A stretch of DNA of 64,000 nt from an uncultured Chthonomonadaceae bacterium (GCA_963835065.1 CAWIEK010000012.1:1-64000); one strand, 5' to 3'. Positions 19,121 to 30,623 are shown, numbered from the stretch's first letter. The notes: generated by a model not told the origin, from the letters alone. A program made the numbers and translations.

Positions 19121-19663
19121 ATGTTGTGTCTGAAACCAATTCAGTATGTGATTGTCGCTGTATTCTTGACGAGTGCCGGAACTACTCTGGCGCAACAGAA
19201 GCATCCGCATGCCTCACCACATTCGCAGTTGAGCGCCCTTGACAAGGACTACCTCAAGGACGCGGCGCAAAGCAATCTGGAGGAAATCCAGTTTGCGCCT
19301 GTTGTACAGCGACAGGCGCGCCATAGTGCGGACAAGCACTTTGGTCAGCAGATGAAATCGGATCATGCCAAGGCCAACGCGAAACTCAAAGCGCTTGCTT
19401 CTCGGGTTAGGTACGCGCTGCCGAAAGACGTGAGCGACGAGCAACAAGCGATCATGCAGCGCCTGTCGAAGTTCCAGGGCGCGAAGTTCGACGCCGCCTA
19501 CAAGCAAGAGATGATTCGGGATCATACCGCCGACATCACAGAAGCGCAGCGGGAGATCAGCTTGGGGCATAATCCCCTGGTAAAAGCAAATGCCCGCAAA
19601 ACCCTCCTCCTATTGCAGATGCACTTGAAGATGTCGCAAGCTTTGCCGGATGGCGGTTCTTAA
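19121..19663 (+). CDS. DUF4142-domain secreted protein
   Basis: DKDYLKDAAQSNLEEI, FGQQMKSDH, FDAAYKQEMIRDH, LQMHLKM. Confidence 0.85.
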   Translation: MLCLKPIQYVIVAVFLTSAGTTLAQQKHPHASPHSQLSALDKDYLKDAAQSNLEEIQFAPVVQRQARHSADKHFGQQMKSDHAKANAKLKALASRVRYALPKDVSDEQQAIMQRLSKFQGAKFDAAYKQEMIRDHTADITEAQREISLGHNPLVKANARKTLLLLQMHLKMSQALPDGGS

Positions 19664-19704
19664 CGGTGGGTTCTAGAGGCAGCACATATTCGATACTCCT
19701 CTCA

Positions 19705-19789
19705 TAATGGACAAATCAGATAAATATTGGACTATGACGAGAGGTGATTCTGCTGCCCAATGTCCAATTTCTATGTGACTTGTCCATTA
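19705..19789. repeat. 28-bp imperfect inverted repeat pair (MITE or recombination-site-like)
   Basis: TAATGGACAAATCAGATAAATATTGGAC versus reverse complement TAATGGACAAGTCACATAGAAATTGGAC. Confidence 0.6.
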
Positions 19790-20020
19790 GGGTCCACAAA
19801 TCTATTACCTCCCGTTTTCAGCGTGAGGTTGATCTCACGCTGAAAACAGGTTTTTTATCGAAGTCGTGTGGAAACTGGTAATAGAACGCTTCCGAACCGG
19901 CAGGCTGAACTGAACAAAATTGTTGGCGCGAAAAAATCTTGTGTCCCCCCTTATCGCAGGCAGCATCTGTCTCTCCATTTTGAAACTTCCTTCTCCGTCT
20001 ATGCGTATTTTCAAATAGGC

Positions 20021-20039
20021 TATACCCCTATAGGGTATA
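20021..20039 (+). promoter_or_regulatory. CsoR-type operator
   Basis: TATACCC-CTATA-GGGTATA pseudo-palindrome with C/G tracts immediately before the csoR RBS. Confidence 0.8.
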
Positions 20040-20052
20040 TGGGAGGAAATGC

Positions 20053-20334
20053 ATGGCCGTTCATAAGGAAGCAAAAGAGGATGTGCTGCGCCGCCTGAAC
20101 CGCATTGAGGGGCAGGTGAAGGGCGTCAAGCGGCTGGTGGAGGAGGATACGTACTGCGTGGACGTGATGACGCAGGTTTCTTCCATTCACGAGGCGCTGC
20201 GGGGCGTGGGCAAAATCCTGATGCGGAACCATTTGCAGCATTGCGTCACGGATGCCCTCCGCGACGGCGATCAAGAAAAGGCCGAAAAAACTTATCAGGA
20301 AATGATGGACTTGATTTACAAGTTTGCGAAGTAG
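20053..20334 (+). CDS. csoR: CsoR/RcnR-family copper-sensing repressor
   Basis: RLNRIEGQVKG, YCVDVMTQ, HLQHC (Cys-His-Cys ligands); directly upstream of copA. Confidence 0.92.
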   Translation: MAVHKEAKEDVLRRLNRIEGQVKGVKRLVEEDTYCVDVMTQVSSIHEALRGVGKILMRNHLQHCVTDALRDGDQEKAEKTYQEMMDLIYKFAK

Positions 20335-20370
20335 CCCCTCGTTGGGTTGTTTGGGAAGGCGAGAGTAGAA

Positions 20371-23249
20371 ATGACTGTAGATACGATTGCCGTCTTGACA
20401 GGCGGGGTTGGCCTGGTTGCGTTTTTGGCGTGGTTTTTCTTTGGCCCGAAAGAAGGCAAGCGCGCTGAAACAAAGGCCGGAATTCAGGAAATCACGATTC
20501 GGGTGGAAGGCACATACCAGCCGGATTATATTCAGGTGCAGGCCGGGGTTCCCATCCGCTTGAAATTTGACCGGCAGGAAACGACGGGATGTTCGGAGCG
20601 CATTGTGTTCCCGGACTTCCAGATTAACCGGGAACTGCCCGCTTTTCAAACCACAACCATAGAGTTTACGCCGGACAAACCCGGCGCGTATGCGTTCGCC
20701 TGCGGCATGAACATGTACCGGGGACAACTGATTGTAACGCCGGCTACGCAGCCCGTCGCCGTGAGCAACGCTCCCGTGAGTAACGCCAAAGTGGAAACAC
20801 CTGCTGCTGCCGTTGCCCTGAGTGGAGCGCAGCCCGCGCTGGAACGGAGCGACTTGACCATTACGGGGATGCACTGCGCGTCCTGTGTGGGGCGAGTTGA
20901 AAGAGCGCTGAAACAGGTGGCGGGCGTTCAGGAGGCGACCGTAAACCTGCTTTCGGAACGCGCCACCGTCAAGTTCGACCCAAACCAGACCAAACCGGAA
21001 GATTTGATTGCCGCTGTGGACACTATCGGCTTCAGCGCAAGTTTGGCGCATCTGGATCATTTCGGGCAGATTTCGGAACCCGCGAAGCCGCAGCCGTTGA
21101 CTAATCTGGCGCAGCAATCAACTTTGTCTACGCAGCCATCAAACCTATTGGCAGAAAAGCCGATGCAACATTCAGACAGGCCGACCGAAGCGCAGGAACT
21201 CACGCGCCGCTTTCTTGTTTCGCTTTCGCTGACGCTTCCCGTGCTGGTCATGGGGATGGGGCCGCATATTCACCTGACTCCGATGCAATGGATGATGTTT
21301 TCCTGGTGGAATTGGGCGCAGTTGATTTTGACGACTCCCGTTCTCTTCTGGGCCGGGAGCGGCTTTTTCCGGGGCGCATGGGCGGCTATCAAGCAGCGCG
21401 CCAGCGATATGAACACCTTGATCGTCGTCGGCACGTTTGCCGCGTATGCCTATTCCCTGATGGCAACGATTGCGCCCGGATTTTTTGCGGCGCGCGGCTT
21501 GAACGGGGGCGTTTATTATGAAACCGCCGCCGTGATCGTAACGCTGATCTTGATGGGGCGTTTATTGGAAGCGCGGGCAAAGCGCAGCGTGGGAACCGCC
21601 ATTGAGAAACTGATCCACTTACAGCCCAAGACGGCGCGCGTTGTGCGGAATGGGGAGGAAGTGGATGTGCCGCTTTCCGATGTGCATGTTGGCGATACGT
21701 TGCTGGTGCGTCCCGGCGAGAAAGTGCCCGTAGACGGCATGGTTGTATCGGGCCATTCGTGGGTGGATGAGAGTATGCTGACGGGCGAAAGCGTACCCGT
21801 GGAAAAGCAGGCAGGCGCGAACGTTACGGGCGCGACGCTCAATCAGCGCGGCGCGTTCACGATGGAAGCCAGGCGCGTGGGCAAAGATACCGCCCTGGCG
21901 CAGATCGTGCGCCTTGTCGAGCAGGCGCAGGGCAGCCGCGCGCCCATTCAGCGGCTTGCCGACGTGATTACCGGCTATTTTGTCCCGGTTGTCCTGATGC
22001 TTGCCGTCGCCACATTTGCCGGCTGGTACGTTGTGGGGCCGGAGCCGAAGTTCCTTCACGCGCTGCTGGCGTTCGTCGCCGTCCTGATTATCGCCTGCCC
22101 GTGCGCGCTTGGGCTGGCAACGCCAACCGCCATCATGGTGGGAACCGGGCGCGGGGCGCAGTTGGGCGTACTTATTAAAGACGCCGAAGCGCTGGAAACC
22201 GTACATAGCGTCCGAACCGTCGTGCTGGACAAAACCGGAACCATTACGGAAGGCAAGCCCGCGCTCACGGACATCCTTGCCGCGCCGGGTGTGGCGGAAA
22301 CCGAATTGCTGCGCCTGTCAGCATCCGTTGAGCGCGGCAGCGAACATCCACTGGCAAGCGCCATTATCGCCGGGGCGCAGCATCGAAGTATTGCGCTGTC
22401 CGAAGCAACGCGGTTTCAGGCGCTTGCGGGGCGCGGCGTGGAAGCGATCGTGGACGGCAAGGCGTACTGCTCGGCAATGCGGCGTTTTTGCGCGAACGTA
22501 ACGTAGACGCCGCTGCGTTCGAGCCGGAAATGGCGCGATTGTCGGGAGAAGGCAAAACCCCGATGCTGGCAGCCGTCAACGGCAAAGTGGCGGGCGTACT
22601 GGCCGTTTCCGATCCCATCAAAGCCACAACCCCGGCTGCCATCGCGCGTTTGAAAGCCATGGGCATAACCGTCGTGATGCTGACGGGAGATAACCGCCGG
22701 ACAGCGGAAGCCGTCGCCCGGCAGGTCGGCATAGATCGCGTGTTGCCGGAAGTGATGCCTGCACATAAGGCGGAGGAGATTAAGCGGCTGCAAGCCGAGG
22801 GGCAAGTGGTGGCAATGGTGGGCGATGGCATCAATGACGCGCCCGCGCTGGCGCAGGCGGATATTGGCATGGCTATCGGCACAGGAACCGATGTGGCGAT
22901 AGAAGCGGCGGATGTGGTGCTGATGCGCGGCGACTTGAACGGCGTGGCGGACGCACTCGAACTGTCGCGGGCGACCATGCGCAACATCCGCCAAAACCTT
23001 GCCTTTGCGTTCGGCTACAATATGCTCGGCATCCCGATTGCGGCAGGCGTTCTGTTTCCGTTCACGGGCTGGCTGCTGTCGCCCATGATCGCGTCGGCGG
23101 CAATGGCAATGAGCAGCGTTTCCGTTGTCACCAATGCCCTGCGCCTACGCCAGTTCACGCCTGCCGCTTCCAAAAGCGTTCCACCGCTCAGCGGCAAGCG
23201 CGAAATAACGGAACAGCCGAATGTCCGCAAGGTTGAGCGCGCGGCGTAA
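20371..23249 (+). CDS. copA: Cu(I)-translocating P1B ATPase with N-terminal cupredoxin and HMA domains; -1 frameshift near 22464
   Basis: [43 protein letters not shown] and MAMSS. Confidence 0.9.
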
Positions 23250-23349
23250 TGAAGCGCGCGGCAGGGATTGTAGAGATAAGGTAACTCTACTTAGTTAGCC
23301 ATGCGTTTGTGGGTTGTGGCAACGCAAAGATATTTGTATAGCGCGAACG

Positions 23350-24444
23350 TTATTTGGGATTGCCATCAGCCGGGGGAGGCGGAGCGCCCTGCCCGCCTGG
23401 CGCTCCGGGACCACCCTGTCCTCCGGGGCCACCCTGTCCACCACCCCGACCGCCGCGTCCGCCCTGCCCACCAAAACCTCCAAATCCGCCGCGACCGCCA
23501 AAGCCACCGGGGCCGCCAAAGCCGCCCGGACCACCACCCTGGCTCATGTTGATGCCGATGCCGGTAGCGGTAAACACGCCGTCCGTTCCCGTCTGTCCCG
23601 CCGCCGTAATCCTATCGCCCACTTTCAGCGTATCGAACGTGGCCGACGTGATTTTCGTCACTTTGACGTCCGCGCCCATTTTCAGCACGATGGAAACGCC
23701 TGGGCTGATGGAGATGGTAAGCGGTGACGTGGAAATCACTCTGCCGGTTGCGGAAGCGAACGCCTGCGCCTGCGGCTGCGCGTTCCCGCCCGGTCCATTC
23801 GGATTGTTCTGCCCGTTCTGGATATTCGGCCCGCCGGGATTGCCCTGGCCGTTGGCATTGCTCCGTACTCCAGCCGCATTTTGCCCGCCCGCCGCGTTTG
23901 GTCCGCCCGGCCCGTTCTGCCCGCCCCGATTGCCGCCCGGACGCAAAAAGTCCGGCATCTGCCCTGCCGTAATGGAAGACGCGGTAATGCCCGTCGGGAC
24001 GCCCTGCACCTGCACTTGATCATTGACGCGCAAATCGGAAGCCGCCACTTCGGACTGCGTGGCGTACTGGGTGGATTGCGTCACCTTAAGGGTTTGATTG
24101 CCGCCGCCGAACGGCGAACTGATGATGATCGTGCCCGCGCTCCGATCCCCGCCCGTAATGGTTCCCGACATCATGGGCGACTGGCCGTTAAAACCGCCCT
24201 GCCCGTTGAAGCCGCGCTGTCCGAACCCGCCCTGACCGCCCTGTCCGCCCTGCCCGCCGCCCCGTTGCCGGCCCTGTCCCTGGCCGGGTCCGTTGGGAGC
24301 CTGCGCGCGGCACAGCCCGGCGACAAGCGCGCTGCTCAACACCAGGCTGCCGACCACTGCCTGCGCCGTCCTGCGATTGCTCGCGCGCTTGCCTGCCCCG
24401 CTATGGAGGGCGCTCGTTTTGGAAATGCTGCTTTTGCTGCTCAT
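23350..24444 (-). CDS. Gly/Gln-rich secreted protein with two small beta domains (DUF5666-like)
   Basis: Signal peptide; GG(Q/F/P)GG low-complexity tracts flank repeats ending DLRVNDQVQVQG and TLKVGDRITAAG. Confidence 0.7.
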   Translation of the reverse strand: MSSKSSISKTSALHSGAGKRASNRRTAQAVVGSLVLSSALVAGLCRAQAPNGPGQGQGRQRGGGQGGQGGQGGFGQRGFNGQGGFNGQSPMMSGTITGGDRSAGTIIISSPFGGGNQTLKVTQSTQYATQSEVAASDLRVNDQVQVQGVPTGITASSITAGQMPDFLRPGGNRGGQNGPGGPNAAGGQNAAGVRSNANGQGNPGGPNIQNGQNNPNGPGGNAQPQAQAFASATGRVISTSPLTISISPGVSIVLKMGADVKVTKITSATFDTLKVGDRITAAGQTGTDGVFTATGIGINMSQGGGPGGFGGPGGFGGRGGFGGFGGQGGRGGRGGGQGGPGGQGGPGAPGGQGAPPPPADGNPK

Positions 24445-24547
24445 GTTCGTGTCTCCCTGCGTGTGGCGGCAAAAGGTTTTCCGCCGTCTGCCTCAAACCG
24501 CTTCGCCTGCCTCAAACCGGCGCGTCGGCTGTGTAAATAAGTAATGG

Positions 24548-24602
24548 CTGAAAGTTCATAATCACTGCATCCCTATCAACTACGAACTATCAACTATCAA
24601 CT
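24548..24602 (+). repeat. 55-bp dispersed repeat, copy 1
   Basis: CTGAAAGTT...CTGCATC.CTATCAACTACGAACTATCAACTATCAACT, also at 55693-55747. Confidence 0.85.
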
Positions 24603-24883
24603 CCCTGGTGGTAGTATGCTCCCGAAATATAAAATCTTTATGAAAGCGCGCGAAAGTTTTTCGGGGCGCGACTGTTCTGAAAATGCCGGTATTCGGTGTT
24701 CGGACAATTCGGCATGTTCATGCTCTAAGGTGAGCGTAGTTCATGCGGACTGTTCTTGAAAGACAGACGCGCGCAAATTTACATAGTACCGACGAATAAA
24801 GGTTTCTTTTATAGAAAATTGGCTTTGCGGACGGCAAAGGAATTTTCATTTCTTGTGAAGAATTGTATAAGGGGAGCAAATCA

Positions 24884-27404
24884 TTGCGGCAACGTTACTT
24901 TACACCTTACAATCTGCTATGGCTGGGCGTTTTGTGGCTTTGCTGCGCGGGGATGCCAGCGCGGGCGGCGCGCGAACGCCTCGACGTTGTTCTGCTGCTC
25001 GACAATTCCGGCAGTCTGCACCGGGAAAACAACACCCCCGGCACGGACGAGCGTTATATGCGAATCGCGGCCCTGCAATATCTGCTGGAAAAGATGCAGG
25101 CGGGGGATCGTATCGCGCTGGTAACGTTCGCCACCCATGCAAAAACCGATGCACTATGTCTCGCATCTGCACGACCTGGCGGAAAAGAACCAGAAGGAAG
25201 AATTCGCGAAAGGTGTCTATAAGATCGCTGCCGCTCCCGGCGGCTCCACCAATATGGCGGAGGGACTGCGCGCGGCGGCGGACATTCTGCGCAAGGAAGC
25301 GCTGCCGAATCACAAACGCTTCCTCATCTTTCTTACGGATGGTACGCCCAATCCCGCAAAGGACGACAATACGCCGGTTCATTTGCGCGAGTATGCCGAA
25401 CAACTTGGGCGCGAAGGCATTGTTATTCACACTATCGGGTTGGGCGAATTGGCTTCCGATCCCCGCGAAGCCGACAACGCGCAGCATTTTCTGGAAGATG
25501 TGGCGCGGGCGGGCAAAGGAGCGCCGCACCGCGCCCGCAATGCCAATGACTTGCCCGAACTGTTCGGTTCTCTGTTTTCGCAGTTGGCCGGGCATGAAAT
25601 CTCGCGCTTTGTTCACGAGGGCGAGGAAGCCGGCATTACGCTGACGCAGGGCGCGCAAGACCTGCGGATCATCGCCACCCGCGACGGCCAGGCGCCCCAA
25701 ATTGTTCTCACCGATCCGCAGGGCAAAGTCTATTCTGTGAGCGGACTTACGCGCCTGCTGAAAGAGCAAACGGCAATTATCGGCGCAGTCACGGCCCCGG
25801 CGCGCGAAGGAACCTGGCATGCCCGCGCCGAAAAAGGCACTCTGGAAGTGGCGTACCAGCCCGACTTTCAAGCCGTCTTGCGCTCGCCCGCCAACAACAG
25901 TCCCGTTGCCGCTTCCGCGCCCCTGCCCGTCGTGGTTGAAGCACGGCAGGCGAATGGCGGCTTGCTGTCCCTGCCCGTATCGCGGATGATTGTGGAATAT
26001 GAGACTGTTCCGGGCAATGCCAATTCTCTGGTGACGGTAACGCTCCAGCCGGATCAAACGGACAAGGCAGCCACAAACCGTTTTCGCGGCACGATTACGG
26101 ACAGCGGCGCGATTGGCCCTCATGCGCTGCGGGCGCGCTGCTTTCGCATGGACAATGGCGTCGAAGTCGAGGGCGGGCCGGATTACGGCACGGTGCAGGC
26201 AGGCCGTATTCCCGTGTTGAGCGTGGAATCTCCCCCTTCCTCCGCCGCGTTTGCCGTGCCGGGACCGGTTGATGTGAAAGCGCATGTACAAATTGCCGGA
26301 AAGCCGATGGAAACGCTTGTGCCCGGCCTGATCCTAACCGCCCGGCTTACACCCGGCGCGGATGCCGCGCCTAAACCCCTGTTGCCGGAAGCCGGCGGGC
26401 GTTATGCCGCTTCGTTTGCTCTGAGTCCCACTTCAGCGCCGATTAACGCGAACGTGGAAGTCACGCTTTCCGGTTCTTTCGAGGGCGCGGCGCTTGTGCC
26501 GCAAACGATTACGCTGCCCCTGACGATCACGCCGCGCCCGATGGTCACGGTGCATTGGAAAAAGTCTGAACAAACCAATATAGACCCGGATGGAACCCTG
26601 ACGTATACCGCGCAGGTGACTTCTTCCGCGCCCACAACGCAGACGATTGCGTTCGATGTGCAGGATTGCCCGCAGGCCGTTCTGGAAAACGCCTCCATTG
26701 TTGTGCCCGCGCATCAGGCCATGCAGGAAGCGTCCGTGCGGCTGCGCTTTCATCAGGCCGCGCCCGGAAATTATCATCCGCTCGTGAATACGCGCCTGAC
26801 GCAAGGGGACGCCGAACTCCGCGCCGACGCGCTGAAACCATTGGCGCACGTCCGCAACTGGATGGAGCGCAATCGCTGGTGGTTTATTCCTCTCCTGCTG
26901 CTGCTGGTCTTTCTGGTTTTGGCGGGACTGGTCACGGGCTATTTGTGGCGGCAGGAACAAAAGCGACGGCGGCGAATGAAACTGGAGCAGATCAATCGCG
27001 TCAGCCTGTATATCACCGGTTCGGCAGACGCCTTTCATCCGCCCTACCTGGATCGGTATCACTTTACGGTGGGTGGTCCAAAGGGAACATCCGATGTTTT
27101 CCTTTATAATCCCAACCATCCTGACGCGCCGCTGTTTCCCGAAACGGTGCTGAAAGTGGAAGCCATCTGGCGGCACAGCAAAGCGCTAGTGATCGCGTAC
27201 CCGGTGGGAATGCTCACCACGCTCCTGGACAGGGAAGGCAAGCGCGTTCCCAAAGACCTTGCCCTCAAGGATGAAATCAACGACTTCTTCATTGAAATCG
27301 GCGGCAAGCGTACGGAAATTCAAGCGCGGCGCGGCATCGCCCGCACCCCGCACACTCCAAAGGCGGCGCCTGCTTCGCGCCCATCAGATACTACAGAAGA
27401 ATAG
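24884..27404 (+). CDS. vWA-domain membrane protein (signal peptide, vWA, beta-rich stalk, TM helix, cytoplasmic domain); +1 frameshift at the A5 run 25141-25145
   Basis: MIDAS residues DNSGS, GGSTNM, FLTDG; IHTIGLG; TM WWFIPLLLLLVFLVLAGLV followed by a basic patch. Confidence 0.85.
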
Positions 27405-27439
27405 CAGCCCAATATAGCCGTTTTAAGGAGCCTCTCACT

Positions 27440-30400
27440 ATGGTTGATACGGAAAAAGTACAAATCAGCGTTTATCCCACGCTTATTCTGGGCGTTGGCG
27501 GAACCGGCTGTAAAATCGCCAAGCGGCTGAAGCGCACCCTTCAAGCCGAAGGCGCGGGCGCGATGAATATCAAGTTCGCCGGCATTGACACCGATCTGGC
27601 CGAGAGCGAAGCCAAAGGCCCCAACGAACTGCCGCTCGACACGTTCATCGGGTTAGGCGGCCAGCCCGTCCATTTCGACCCGAAAGATAAGACCAACGCG
27701 CCCCTGATGTACTGGCTGCCGACCAACGAAAGCGGCAAAATCAAGGGCGGCATCGGCAATCTCACCGAGGGGCAGGGCGCGGGCGGGCATCGGCTTGTCG
27801 GGCGCTTTGGCTACAACTATTTCGCCCCGGATCAGTTTATGACCTTGCAGCGCTCCATTGACGAACTGGTGGCGCTGACCAACAACCCGTTCGAGCATCA
27901 CACGGGCAATGTCCGCTACATTTACAAACCCGGACTTGTCGTATACATTGTCGGCTCGCTCGTGGGCGGCACGGGATCGGGCAGTTTCCTGGACGCCATC
28001 GCCACCATCCACATGCTGACCGAACACGCCATTACCGACCAGAACCGCTATTTCTTCGGCACGTTTCTGCTGCCGTCCGTGTTCGAGTACCGCGCTATCG
28101 CGGGGCAGAACACCACGCACAAGGCGACGGCCTATGCCAGCCTGAAAGACCTCGATCTGCTGATGTCTACGGACGACGCCGAACTGCACAAGTGGATGTT
28201 CTTCGGGCGCTCCGAACCCTATCAGGTCAGCAAGCAGTTTCTGAACAACTGCTATCTTGTCAGCCGCTATTCCGGCAGCGGCGCGTTGATTGAAGAGGCC
28301 GACGTTTACGATCTGGTTGCCACGCAGTTGTACGCTTCCATCGGGACGCCGTTCGGCGCGGACTCCAACGCAGTCGAAAACAATTCGTCCAAAGCAGGCT
28401 CCGTGGACGAGCGGGGCGGGCAGTGCAATTACAGCGCGTTCGGTTTGGTAGGCATGGATTACTCGCAAAAACTGCTGATAGATTACTGCGCCACGCGGCT
28501 GGGCGCGGAAACGGTTTCGCAATTGCTCGGTCCCGGCTTTACCGAAGAGGATGCGCAAGCGGAGGCAGACCGCTTCCTGCAGGAAGCGCGGCTCACGGCG
28601 ACGGATGCCGTCAGTTTCGTGCAGGGGGATGTGGGCAGCGCTTACATTCGGCAGGCGGACGGATTGGACGATGAAAAGCCCGCCGACCTGCACCGCGAAT
28701 TGTCGCAGGGGTTCGAGCAGTTCCGCTCCGAAATCAAGCCGGGCGGTTCGCAATACTCCGCCTTGCAGCAAAACTACAGGGATCACGTTTCCACGCGCCC
28801 CGGCGCGGCGCGGCAAACAAAACTGCGGCCCGGTCAAGCCTCTCTGGGCGAAGCGCAGATGTGGCAGCACCGCCTGGAAGAGTTTGTGGAAAAAACGGCG
28901 CGCGAGCATGGCCTGCGGGCGGGCAAGCGCGTGGTGGAAATTTTGCGGCAGACGCTGGAACAAACATTGGCGGAACTGAGCGGCGAAGTGAAGAGTTACA
29001 AAGCCAATGCCGGTTCCGCGCTGACCGCCTGCGAAAACGCCCTGTCCGCGCTGCACGGCCTGACGCCCACCATCGTGATTTTCCGTCGAAACTTTGCGCG
29101 GCAGGTGAAAGAGGAAGCGGTTCGGTCACGGAACGGCATGGTGCAAACCCATGTCACGTCGGGCGCGGCGGAAACGGCGCTGCGCATTTACAGCGACGGC
29201 CTGCTGCCCATGCTCCACGAGTACGCCGACCGGTTTTCCCGCCTGATCGAAGCGCTGGAAACGGTATACAGCAAATTGCACAAGCGCGAACAGGCGCTGG
29301 AACGGGGCAGCGAGGACATCGGCGGCATGGATGGGGCGCTTGACCGTTCGCGCCTGCTCCACGACGTTCTGCCTGCCAGCAGCCTGCTTGCCGTGTATGA
29401 TGGGGAATCCCCACAGCACAGCCAGTTGATCGAAACCCTGCTTGGCGGCAAATCCGCGCTGCATCTGCTGGACGGGATATTGGAAGACAACAAGGCCGAA
29501 GCCCTGCGCGAGCGCATCGTGGGACGCGCCGAAACACGCTTCCAAAACCTCAAGGAGCGGCATATTCTGGATGTGCTGACGCAGGATGCGGCGGATCAGC
29601 CCGCTAAAGAAGCGGCGTTGCTGGAAGCCGTGAGCATGGTGGCGCAGAAACTTCGCCCTCACGCCCCGGTTCCCCGCCGTCCAAATGACGTGGGCACGTA
29701 TGACTACTGCATTGTGATGTATCCGCATCACAACGACAAGAATCTGAGTGATACCTTCGTCAACATCGCCACGAGAAAAGTACGCGAACAGACGGGCGCA
29801 GTCACGCAGGTGATCGAAACCCGCGCAGCCAACAACCGTATCATTATGGTATACATGCAGCACGGGATTCCACTCAACGCGCAATCGTTTCTGCCGCTTG
29901 CGGAGTGGCTGCGCGCTTACGAGTCCCTGCGCAAGCGCGACCCGTATCTGGACGTGGACAAGCGCTGGACGCGGGTTCCGGGGCCGGGGCAGGCGCGGGG
30001 CGGGGGGCGGCGCGAAAAGCTGTTCATGCTCGGCCTTGCGTATGGCCTGATTGCCAAGCACGGCGATTTCTTTTACGCCAACTTCAAGCCGTCCCTGGTG
30101 CGCTTCGATCCCGATCAGGAATCGTCGCGGGAGCAGTACGAGGTGGATCGCGCCCGCGTATTGGAAGCCATTCACAATTGCGCCGACCCGCTGACGTGGT
30201 TTTCGCTGCTGACGCAGGGGCCAAGCGCGGTGCAGACGATTCCCGTTTCGCAGGGCGCGAAATTGGGCGACAAGAAGCGCCATGAGGAGCGGGATCGCAT
30301 CGGGCAGGGACGGGAAAGCGCCCTGAACTGCTTCGTCAACGACGAGGGCGAAGATTACGCGGACGTGGCGGAAGCCATCGCCACCGTGCTGGAAGCATAC

Positions 30401-30586
30401 GCCGCCGAGCGCGGACATGCCGCCATCCGCAAGGAACTGCTGGCGTACCGCGAACAGTTGGAAACGGAGCGGGAAGCCTCTGCCGATCTCAAAAAGGCGT
30501 ACCAGCACGAAATCAACCTGCTCAACGATGTGCTGGAAACACTGGAAAAGGAGAACAAATTAGGTCTTCTGGAAGAAGTTCTCTAA
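27440..30586 (+). CDS. Tubulin/FtsZ-like GTPase (Tubulin_2 / FtsZl1 type) with long helical C-terminus
   Basis: LILGVGGTG, IDTD, GAGGHRLVGR, VGSLVGGTGSG tubulin signature, AYASLKDL; AAGGAG RBS. Confidence 0.9.
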   Translation: MVDTEKVQISVYPTLILGVGGTGCKIAKRLKRTLQAEGAGAMNIKFAGIDTDLAESEAKGPNELPLDTFIGLGGQPVHFDPKDKTNAPLMYWLPTNESGKIKGGIGNLTEGQGAGGHRLVGRFGYNYFAPDQFMTLQRSIDELVALTNNPFEHHTGNVRYIYKPGLVVYIVGSLVGGTGSGSFLDAIATIHMLTEHAITDQNRYFFGTFLLPSVFEYRAIAGQNTTHKATAYASLKDLDLLMSTDDAELHKWMFFGRSEPYQVSKQFLNNCYLVSRYSGSGALIEEADVYDLVATQLYASIGTPFGADSNAVENNSSKAGSVDERGGQCNYSAFGLVGMDYSQKLLIDYCATRLGAETVSQLLGPGFTEEDAQAEADRFLQEARLTATDAVSFVQGDVGSAYIRQADGLDDEKPADLHRELSQGFEQFRSEIKPGGSQYSALQQNYRDHVSTRPGAARQTKLRPGQASLGEAQMWQHRLEEFVEKTAREHGLRAGKRVVEILRQTLEQTLAELSGEVKSYKANAGSALTACENALSALHGLTPTIVIFRRNFARQVKEEAVRSRNGMVQTHVTSGAAETALRIYSDGLLPMLHEYADRFSRLIEALETVYSKLHKREQALERGSEDIGGMDGALDRSRLLHDVLPASSLLAVYDGESPQHSQLIETLLGGKSALHLLDGILEDNKAEALRERIVGRAETRFQNLKERHILDVLTQDAADQPAKEAALLEAVSMVAQKLRPHAPVPRRPNDVGTYDYCIVMYPHHNDKNLSDTFVNIATRKVREQTGAVTQVIETRAANNRIIMVYMQHGIPLNAQSFLPLAEWLRAYESLRKRDPYLDVDKRWTRVPGPGQARGGGRREKLFMLGLAYGLIAKHGDFFYANFKPSLVRFDPDQESSREQYEVDRARVLEAIHNCADPLTWFSLLTQGPSAVQTIPVSQGAKLGDKKRHEERDRIGQGRESALNCFVNDEGEDYADVAEAIATVLEAYAAERGHAAIRKELLAYREQLETEREASADLKKAYQHEINLLNDVLETLEKENKLGLLEEVL

Positions 30587-30623
30587 TATCTCTTACTGGC
30601 AAGCGCAGCCAAACTGGAACTAC

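Noticed and set aside
22455..22475. Programmed frameshift in copA
   Set aside because: The break lies inside the nucleotide-binding domain, has no slippery heptamer and would give no useful product; a missing G restores KAVLLGN.
23354..24019. Proline-rich plus-strand ORF
   Set aside because: Antisense shadow of the Gly-rich gene.
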